DNA of 56,841 nt from an uncultured Planctomycetia bacterium (GTDB lineage: Bacteria; Omnitrophota; Gorgyraeia; S143-82), in assembly GCA_964469495.1 (NCBI GenBank), contig CAYXYY010000030.1, forward strand, positions 76,262-133,102. Direction: 5' to 3'. Below, in pieces: positions 18,144 through 25,381 of the stretch. Under the pieces are notes generated by a model, which had not been told where the DNA came from, searched no databases, and saw only the letters and a list, made by a program, of their open reading frames with translations. How positions within the stretch are numbered: the stretch's first letter is position 1; every line of letters begins with the position of its first letter. Made by a program: the position numbers and the translations under genes.

Positions 18144-19895
18144 TTATAACAAAGCTTTACTTCTAAGAAAGGCTGTTATACCTGAGGATTGGCTTCTATC
18201 TGCCTCGGAAGCTATGGGTTTGTGTAAAAAGGCCTTTAAATCACCTGAGGTTTTCAGAAGACACACTTTCCCTAATGAAACCTGCTGTAAAAGGAATCTT
18301 TTAAACTTCGGCCTGTTTGGCAGAAAAGGCGCCCAGACCCCGACATCAAGCCCCGCGTTAATTGCCTCTGATATCATGGAAATGCTGTCAGGTGTGATAA
18401 TGGCCTTTCTAGAGACATAAAAAAAGGCATCTAATATACCTTCTGGATTATATCTATTGGCAATAACCTTGTATTGAAAATCGCGCTTGTCTATCAATAA
18501 TTCAACATCGGCAGGGGTCCTGCGCGACGTTGTAATTAATACCCGTTTGTTGCTATTCGAAAGCGTATTTAACATATCTTCTATCCCGGCAAAGTGGATA
18601 TCATATCCTTTTGTATTGCCGCCTATTAGCACGCAAACATTGTCTTCGTCTTTTTTTAATTTAAACTCCTTCGCAAATTGGCCTGCCTTATCCTCATCAA
18701 AGAAACACAAAGCCCCGTCTATTAAATAACAATTCCTTCCCCTGCCTCTATCGTGCCGCATGGCAAGCACTGCATCTATAAATGGCGAAAACATACCCGG
18801 GCTCATTACGACACACGATTTTGCCTGATTATACCTTTTCAAGAATACATTTAATCCCGACAAAGATGACCCTGTTGATACGACCAAATCCGCATTTTGC
18901 CTTAAAATCGGCTCTAACCCGTTTCTTTTCAGAATATACTCACCAAATCTTATCGGCAAAAATCCAATTACCTTTATCGTCCAGCTAATATTTCTCAAGA
19001 CAATCTGATTTATTTGAATGTCCTTATCCGGATAGGCGCGCTTTATATATTCTAATAATGCAAAAGACTGCTTCTCATGCCCCTTTTTCCCATCGCTTAA
19101 GACTAATACATCCCTTTGATTAGAATACTTCCAACGCTTATAACTCCACAGATATTGTTCTGGATAGCTGTTTACCTCTTCCTCTAGAACCTCGTTTAAT
19201 TTCTTGGCGATCTCTTTTTCTCCTTCCTCATAGGAAATCTTATCGTAAACATGCAGACGATATTTTCCCCTTTCCCTAATACAAAAACACGGCACTAAAT
19301 CGGTCTTTGTCTTTTTACAGAGCCACAACAGCCCCTTGGGAATCGGAGCAGGCCTTGAAAAAAACTGGGCAAAGACTCCATCTCTGCCTGTATGGTCAAA
19401 GACAACGGCTGCGGTTAACCCTCTTTGCATTTCTCGAACAAGGGCCCTTAAACCGGCAGGATCACCTGCCTTGTATATTTCTGCACCAGTCATAGCGCGT
19501 TGTTGGTAAATAAAGAACAACACAGGGCTTTTTCTCTCATTGACTATTACTCCATATCTTTTGAAAAACCTTCCTGCGGATAGATTTGCAGCCTCCCAAT
19601 TACCTATATGGGCAGTGGCAATAATATAGTTCTGATTCACATCCATTGAAGAATTCGCAGCATCTTGAATAAGGGCAGATATATGACTTGACTCTATACC
19701 CAATAGTACGTCCCAAAACACCGCACAAAAATGCCGCACAGCACTAAAAATTATTTTGTTGTAAAATCCATATTCCTTGTCCGGAAAGGCAATCCTCAAG
19801 TTTTTATACAAAACCTTTCTGTTGACGAACGGGAAAACCAGCAATACGGAAAGAAACGCGGCAATCTTCTTGATTATAGATCTCGATATAGACAT
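18144..19895 (-). CDS. Fusion of a lipid A late acyltransferase (LpxL/HtrB family) and an ELM1/GtrOC1-family putative glycosyltransferase
   Basis: N-half AHIGNWE, PEQYLWSYKRWK; C-half VLVLSDGKKGHEKQS, TSRRTP, TPDSISMISEA. Start moved to ATG 19895 because the longer ORF runs into tRNA-Leu. Confidence 0.85.
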   Translation of the reverse strand: MSISRSIIKKIAAFLSVLLVFPFVNRKVLYKNLRIAFPDKEYGFYNKIIFSAVRHFCAVFWDVLLGIESSHISALIQDAANSSMDVNQNYIIATAHIGNWEAANLSAGRFFKRYGVIVNERKSPVLFFIYQQRAMTGAEIYKAGDPAGLRALVREMQRGLTAAVVFDHTGRDGVFAQFFSRPAPIPKGLLWLCKKTKTDLVPCFCIRERGKYRLHVYDKISYEEGEKEIAKKLNEVLEEEVNSYPEQYLWSYKRWKYSNQRDVLVLSDGKKGHEKQSFALLEYIKRAYPDKDIQINQIVLRNISWTIKVIGFLPIRFGEYILKRNGLEPILRQNADLVVSTGSSLSGLNVFLKRYNQAKSCVVMSPGMFSPFIDAVLAMRHDRGRGRNCYLIDGALCFFDEDKAGQFAKEFKLKKDEDNVCVLIGGNTKGYDIHFAGIEDMLNTLSNSNKRVLITTSRRTPADVELLIDKRDFQYKVIANRYNPEGILDAFFYVSRKAIITPDSISMISEAINAGLDVGVWAPFLPNRPKFKRFLLQQVSLGKVCLLKTSGDLKAFLHKPIASEADRSQSSGITAFLRSKALL

Positions 19896-19912
19896 ATTTT
19901 TAAAAAATTTTA

Positions 19913-19996
19913 TGCCGAAGGTGGGACTCGAACCCACACGAGGTTACCCCCATCGGTTTTTGAGACCGACGCGTCTGCCAGTTCCGCCACTTCGGC
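19913..19996 (-). tRNA. tRNA-Leu (anticodon CAA)
   Basis: GCCGAAG acceptor stem, D-loop GGCGGAACTGGCAGACGC, anticodon arm TCGGT-CTCAAAA-ACCGA, long variable arm, GGTTCGAGTCC; CCA not encoded. Confidence 0.96.
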
Positions 19997-20032
19997 TAAG
20001 AACTCCTTATTTTACCAGCAAACAGCAAAAAA

Positions 20033-21355
20033 TCAACAGTGTTTACTCTTTCGCTCAAAATCATCGAGAAAAGGATATGCATCAGATTCATAATGAACCA
20101 CTTGCGTTGAAACACCGCAAAATTGCGCAATAACCGCAGCAACCTGTCCATCGTCTATGTAACAGTCTTTTCTAGTCTGGATGTGCACCTTTATCCCATC
20201 GCCTTCGCGTTCGACAAAAAACCTTCCGGTGATGACCTGCGCAAGGCCTGTATTATTAAATAAGGCCTCTCTCACCCTTGCTATTGAAACCCTTTTGTTT
20301 ACATTGACCTCTATTTGGCAATCCCTTCCCCAAAAGAACACAAACGGCAGTCTATTGCCTGAGAACTCGTGATGAATGCCAAAATCCTTTAGTGTATTTT
20401 CCACTTCCTTCGCAGAAAAGACAACACATTTATCACCTATGGCGTATCTTATTAACGGCAGCGGACGTTTTCCCATAGGGGTTATAACCAATTCATTCCC
20501 GATAGACTCTAAAAAATATAAATTGGGATAATACTGGAATACCATGGGAAAGAAATCCAAGTCATCCCCTATTGAAAAGGCCTTTAACAATCCAGGTATT
20601 TTCCCCATAGCATCCCTTATAAACCTGCTAAAAGGGGTTTCATGCATAATATTTAGCCCCAATTCCGCTGTTCCAAACGAGGAAAACATATCATTTACAG
20701 ACAATCGTTCAAGAAAATATCTCCTAAGGCCCTCGGAAAGGAATTCTCCTCCGACAATCAGTTTCAGATCCAATTGCCTTGTATATTCTCCAACGGCATC
20801 GTCTTCCAAAACAGACTTAACAAATAACGCATCTCCCAGCACGATAACCTGATGAAATAATTGCGCAGCGTTGCGCAAGGCCTCTATCGCGCAGTCCTTT
20901 CTTATACCCACGGAAAGCGTACTGCAAATTTGGCTATCCACGTTAATTCCCATAGGCAACAGATTCAAAATCAACGTCTTTTTTCCCCTTACTGAAAAAT
21001 ACCTATCCAAAATCCAGTCAATCAGCACAGGGGCCTTTGCCATTTCCTTTTTATCAAACACGCCAAAGGAAAACACGCCACTTGTCCCGGAGCTTGGCAT
21101 AAAAACAAAGGACTTATATCCGGGGACTATCCATTGACGAAAATTGGGAAACACGTCTGTTTTACGCAAAATAGGTATTGCAAAAAAATCTTTATGCTGC
21201 AAGATTCTGTTAATAGAGATGCCTTTGGATTCCAAAAACCTCCGATAACCCGACGAATTATTATAGGCGTATGTAAACCTGCGAAATAATGATTCCTCCG
21301 TCGGAGATTTAGATAAATTCGACTCCAATATCTGTTCAATGGATTTTCCAAACAT
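20033..21355 (-). CDS. Adenylate-forming enzyme of the phenylacetate-CoA ligase (PaaK)/CoF-synthetase-like family
   Basis: PSSGTSG (A3 loop), IVGGE, SSFGTAELG, LPLIRYAIGD, FWGR. Confidence 0.82.
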   Translation of the reverse strand: MFGKSIEQILESNLSKSPTEESLFRRFTYAYNNSSGYRRFLESKGISINRILQHKDFFAIPILRKTDVFPNFRQWIVPGYKSFVFMPSSGTSGVFSFGVFDKKEMAKAPVLIDWILDRYFSVRGKKTLILNLLPMGINVDSQICSTLSVGIRKDCAIEALRNAAQLFHQVIVLGDALFVKSVLEDDAVGEYTRQLDLKLIVGGEFLSEGLRRYFLERLSVNDMFSSFGTAELGLNIMHETPFSRFIRDAMGKIPGLLKAFSIGDDLDFFPMVFQYYPNLYFLESIGNELVITPMGKRPLPLIRYAIGDKCVVFSAKEVENTLKDFGIHHEFSGNRLPFVFFWGRDCQIEVNVNKRVSIARVREALFNNTGLAQVITGRFFVEREGDGIKVHIQTRKDCYIDDGQVAAVIAQFCGVSTQVVHYESDAYPFLDDFERKSKHC

Positions 21356-22059
21356 CAGATCTTCGGCCTTAAATTCTCATCCAAATCTTGTGTAAAATAA
21401 TCAAAATAATGCGGATGGTAAAACGCCATCTCCTTTTCAACATCGTCTAATTTTATTCTATAAGGATGCACGATACCCATACACTGCACTTCATCTCCTA
21501 TTCGTTCAAAGACAATATGCGTTTTTGACAGCAGTTTCCAAAGACTTGGTTCCATCAAAACCAACCACCACTTAATATGGTTCTTTTTGCAATACGTATA
21601 TATGGCCCTGTACAGACCAAAAACCATCGGCCTTATTCTGCGAAAAGGCGCGCGCGTATTGTCAACGTAGGCAGCAGCGTCATAATAAGCGCCATCTCCT
21701 TTCCTGCGACGAAAGGTTTTGCTAATAACAAGTCTTGATATCTCCGCTACATCGGAGGCTTCAACCCCCCTCATCTTATCTTTTACAAATGGCGCGTATT
21801 TAAATATGGGCAGGCCCTTTTCTTTATTTAGGACCAATCGGGTATAACCTACCAGTTCATTCTCTATATATATCCCAAAGTGCACACTCTGCTCGTCGTA
21901 TTCGTCCAGTTCACGGCCATCAGGATAATCTTTTTCTGCAATAAATCCCCTTTCAAGGCAATAAACACGAAACCGCAATTGCGCAGCATCATTGATTACC
22001 TCTTCCCACGACAATTGCTTAAAGACAAACTCTGTATTGGCTATTTTTTCACGTCTCAT
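21355..22059 (-). CDS. GNAT acyltransferase of the LuxI/FeeM (N-acyl amino acid synthase; exosortase-associated acyltransferase-like) fold
   Basis: LRFRVYCLERGF, RELDEYDEQSVH, GYTRLV, AEISRLVISKTFRRRKGDG. ATG 22059 preferred (AGGGG upstream); the ORF is open to TTG 22119. Confidence 0.82.
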   Translation of the reverse strand: MRREKIANTEFVFKQLSWEEVINDAAQLRFRVYCLERGFIAEKDYPDGRELDEYDEQSVHFGIYIENELVGYTRLVLNKEKGLPIFKYAPFVKDKMRGVEASDVAEISRLVISKTFRRRKGDGAYYDAAAYVDNTRAPFRRIRPMVFGLYRAIYTYCKKNHIKWWLVLMEPSLWKLLSKTHIVFERIGDEVQCMGIVHPYRIKLDDVEKEMAFYHPHYFDYFTQDLDENLRPKI

Positions 22060-22115
22060 GTTATAAGCGCCCCTATCCATAAAATAATGTATCACACATA
22101 GCTTGTTTGGGCAAA

Positions 22116-22955
22116 TCAATTAAGAAAATTTCTTAAGGCGGCAAAAAAAGAATCCTTATCCTCAAAAAACACATCATTGTGCAATCCGTGTTTCAATATA
22201 ACCATGTCTTTCATTGAAGAAGGACAATGCTCAAATAAATCCTGCCCCATAGACAGAGGTATTAGTTCATCTTCCTTACTATATACAAATAGGACAGGAA
22301 TCATTATATTTTTAATCTTGTGTATCGAATCGAACTTATATTTAAGTAATAATCCAACCGGTAAAAAAGGATAAAGTCTTTTGGAGATATCACCAAGAGA
22401 CGTAAAAGAGGCATCCATTATCAATTTCCCTTTATTAATCGCCATAGACCAAACCAAATCTATGGCCACAGCGCCTCCCAGAGATCTGCCATAGATAACT
22501 ATTTGCTCAGGATTGATATTCAGCGCGTTAATCATATAATCATAGGCAGACCTGGCATCTTGATACAATCCTTCTTCTGTCGGGATTCCAGTACTCTTGC
22601 CGTATCCACGATAGTCAATCACAAAAATACTAAGGCCAAAGTCATAAAGGGCATTTAAAAGATCTATCCTATCGCTCAAATTCCCTGCATTGCCGTGCAG
22701 AAGAAGCACAGTCATCTGCGCATTTGGGTTTTCCAAGTACCAGAAACAGATATCTTCTCCGCCTGATCGCAAAAATCCCTCTTTAAAATCCAGGCCCATA
22801 TCCCTTGGACAGGGCGAATTTGGCTGCCATTTACCCGGCTGAAAAAGCAATTCATCCTGCCGAAAAAACAACCATAAACACACAAAGATGTAAACCAGTA
22901 GCGCAATAATTAAAATAACTGCTAACAGCTCAATTAAAAGCTTTGCCATGGACAA
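22116..22955 (-). CDS. Membrane-anchored alpha/beta hydrolase (ABHD13/17-, Bem46-like)
   Basis: N-terminal TM, LLHGNAGN, DYRGYGKSTG, nucleophile YGRSLGG, D in KEDELIP, H in HGLHND. Confidence 0.88.
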   Translation of the reverse strand: MSMAKLLIELLAVILIIALLVYIFVCLWLFFRQDELLFQPGKWQPNSPCPRDMGLDFKEGFLRSGGEDICFWYLENPNAQMTVLLLHGNAGNLSDRIDLLNALYDFGLSIFVIDYRGYGKSTGIPTEEGLYQDARSAYDYMINALNINPEQIVIYGRSLGGAVAIDLVWSMAINKGKLIMDASFTSLGDISKRLYPFLPVGLLLKYKFDSIHKIKNIMIPVLFVYSKEDELIPLSMGQDLFEHCPSSMKDMVILKHGLHNDVFFEDKDSFFAALRNFLN

Positions 22956-24030
22956 GTTCTTTCATTAATCCCTTAACAGATAGAATTTTATCCACTCTAT
23001 AAGCATTAGAACCAACTGTAAACAAGGGTTTTTCATCAGAGCCGTCAAAATACGAAGTAGAGGTAATCAAGCCATTACATATACAAAAGTAATCTTTGTT
23101 GTTATCCATTGCAGGACAATAGTTTTTAAACTTAACATAACCCAAATTACACAAACAAGGCCGTTTCTGTTGCAATGCATCCTGATACATAGGCGACTGT
23201 TTAATAAGCCTAAATAACATTCCACACGGCGAACCAGGCCTATAGGCAACGATTATATCCTCCTTGGTGCAATTAACAACTGCTTGTTTAAACTCATCCG
23301 TCGCACTGCTTTCTTCCGTAGCCAGAAAACGCGTTCCCATTTGAACACCCGAAGCGCCCATTTTTAATATCCTTACGATGTCTTCGTGTGTATATATACC
23401 TCCTGCGGCTATAACAGGTATATTCCCATAATTTTTGGTTGTTTCTAAAACATCTGTCAACAAATTTTCCAGTTTATTCTCTTCCTTTTCTATGTCTTTA
23501 AGGTCTTTCCATCCCAAATGCCCTCCAGCTAAAGGGCCTTCAACAATAACGGCATCCGGCAAGAACCCGAATCTCTTCCACCTCTTGCAAATAATGTCCA
23601 ATGCCCTTCCAGAAGAGACAATAGGGATCAAAGCCGTCTTGGCCTTTGATTTATAAGACGAGACTATTTCTGGCAAATGGACAGGCAGGCCAGCGCCTGA
23701 AATAATGGCATCAACCTTGGCATCCAGCGCGCCTTTCACCGCATCTGCATAATCGCGAAACAAGGCAACCATTATATTAATGCCAATAACACCGCCATTC
23801 GCTAATGCCTTTGCATCCTCTATTTCGCGCCTAGTAGCCTGCTGAGTATCAAGCTGTTTACCAACACGCCGGCTGGTTAAGATGTCCAACGCAACACTGG
23901 ATAAAACACCCATCCCGCCTTCTTTGGCAACAGCGCCAGCCAAAGGCGCCATAGACACGCCAGCGCCCATACCGCCCTGTATAATCGGCACACGCAATAC
24001 AAAATCTTTTATTTTTAACGAAGGAAGCAT
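22930..24030 (-). CDS. FMN-dependent oxidoreductase of the nitronate monooxygenase/FabK/FabX family with Cys-rich C-terminus
   Basis: PIIQGGMG, VIVEGPLAGGHLG, PVIAAGGI, GVQMGTRF, C-terminal SPCG..CLC..YCP..FCICNGL..GSNAYRVDKILSV. Confidence 0.88.
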   Translation of the reverse strand: MLPSLKIKDFVLRVPIIQGGMGAGVSMAPLAGAVAKEGGMGVLSSVALDILTSRRVGKQLDTQQATRREIEDAKALANGGVIGINIMVALFRDYADAVKGALDAKVDAIISGAGLPVHLPEIVSSYKSKAKTALIPIVSSGRALDIICKRWKRFGFLPDAVIVEGPLAGGHLGWKDLKDIEKEENKLENLLTDVLETTKNYGNIPVIAAGGIYTHEDIVRILKMGASGVQMGTRFLATEESSATDEFKQAVVNCTKEDIIVAYRPGSPCGMLFRLIKQSPMYQDALQQKRPCLCNLGYVKFKNYCPAMDNNKDYFCICNGLITSTSYFDGSDEKPLFTVGSNAYRVDKILSVKGLMKELVHGKAFN

Positions 24031-24057
24031 ATATCCGTCCCCTTAAAGTTAGACAAT

Positions 24058-24086
24058 AGTATACCTTAAAAGACCCAAACTCACAA
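24058..24086 (-). promoter_or_regulatory. Sigma70-type promoter of the four-gene acyl-metabolism operon
   Basis: Minus strand TTGTGA-17 nt-TATACT, then SD AAGGGGA before the ATG at 24030. Confidence 0.6.
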
Positions 24087-24130
24087 ATAAAATTCTATGC
24101 GCTCCGGCAAAAACAGGCCTTACCTAAAAC

Positions 24131-25372
24131 CTATAAGGCCTTGCCAATAAGATACAATCTGCCATTTTTATCAAGATCTGCTACTTTAACTGAACAAAAC
24201 TCTCCTATGGCTTTCCTGCAGCCACTGACCTTGATTTTTACATAATACGGGTTTAAACCGTAAACAACTTCAGAAGACCTTTCTTCAATAATGATATCCT
24301 GTTCTGTTTCGATAAAGGCAGCCATAAACTCTTTGGCCCATTCCTTCGACCGTTTAATCAGGATATTTGCGCGATTCTTCTTAACAAGAGCGGCAACTCC
24401 CAAATCTTCGTTCTGCTGCTCAGCGGCAGTTCTAGGCCTGGGGCTAAAAGGGAATACATGCAAACGCATAGGCCGTATACATCCCAAAAACTCCAGCGTT
24501 TTATTGAACTCTTCTTCCGTCTCCCCCGGGAAACCAACCATCACATCCGTACTGATAGCAATGTCAGGCAGCAGATTTCTGCACATGGAGATTATTCCTT
24601 CGTATTTTTCTTTTGTATACGGCCTGTTCATGCGAGCCAAAACAGTATTACTGCCACTTTGTATAGGCACGTGCAAATGCCGGCATGCCGCAGCACATTC
24701 CTTCATAGCCCTTAATAATTCCGGCGTAATATCCCTTGCCTCTATGGAACTCAACCTTATTCTTGGAAAACCTATCTCCTGCCCAATATATATTAACTCG
24801 TGGAGAAATGGGCATCTCCCCAATGATATTCCAGTAAAAACAATCTCCTTATAACCGCTATTGAATAAGGCAGCCAACTCCCTTTTTATCTCTCCTTTGT
24901 CTCTAATACGAATGTCTGCTCCTCTTAAGTACGGGATATAACAATATGAACACATCATATCGCACCCATCTTGAACCTTGACAAATGCCCTGTGATGTCC
25001 TTTTAGAAAACTAATAAAAGGAACAGATGAAGGCGCGAGTTCCAAAAACCGCGCAACAATGTTAAATATAGAATCTTTTTCCCTCTGCTCCACAAGATAA
25101 TCAAAATCCCAATCTTTTGGCGCGTCTTTAAAAGCAGAAGCGCTGCATCCAGTAAGAATCAGAAATCTGCAATTCTCTCGCATCGCGCGCAGGGCCTTGC
25201 CTGCTTTTTTATAAGATCTGTTTGTCACAGCGCACCCGTTTACAATGCACACATCGGCAAAGCCCTCATCTATCTCCTTAAGCCCCATAGAGATAATGCC
25301 CTCTCTGATTAATTGTCCCTCGTATTGATTGACTTTACACCCAAATGTCTTGATTATAAACGTATATGCCAT
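24131..25372 (-). CDS. mtaB: tRNA methylthiotransferase, MtaB type (radical SAM)
   Basis: KTFGCKVNQYE, VNGCAVT, VKVQDGCDMMCSYCYIP, DVMVGFPGETEEEF, HVFPFSPRPRT. Confidence 0.9.
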   Translation of the reverse strand: MAYTFIIKTFGCKVNQYEGQLIREGIISMGLKEIDEGFADVCIVNGCAVTNRSYKKAGKALRAMRENCRFLILTGCSASAFKDAPKDWDFDYLVEQREKDSIFNIVARFLELAPSSVPFISFLKGHHRAFVKVQDGCDMMCSYCYIPYLRGADIRIRDKGEIKRELAALFNSGYKEIVFTGISLGRCPFLHELIYIGQEIGFPRIRLSSIEARDITPELLRAMKECAAACRHLHVPIQSGSNTVLARMNRPYTKEKYEGIISMCRNLLPDIAISTDVMVGFPGETEEEFNKTLEFLGCIRPMRLHVFPFSPRPRTAAEQQNEDLGVAALVKKNRANILIKRSKEWAKEFMAAFIETEQDIIIEERSSEVVYGLNPYYVKIKVSGCRKAIGEFCSVKVADLDKNGRLYLIGKAL

Positions 25373-25381
25373 TCTAAAATC

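Noticed and set aside
19896-20133. N-terminal extension of the acyltransferase fusion to 19937 and plus-strand ORFs over this region
   Set aside because: They overlap a complete tRNA-Leu; the ATG at 19895 is the plausible start.
21355-22059. Calling this gene a true AHL synthase (luxI)
   Set aside because: The conserved Trp is replaced, the insert fits the FeeM/exosortase-associated branch better and no luxR is nearby; left as a LuxI-fold acyltransferase.
19913-24100. The four-gene operon as an island integrated at tRNA-Leu
   Set aside because: It abuts the tRNA 5' side, with no integrase, no duplicated tRNA 3' end and no obvious composition shift.
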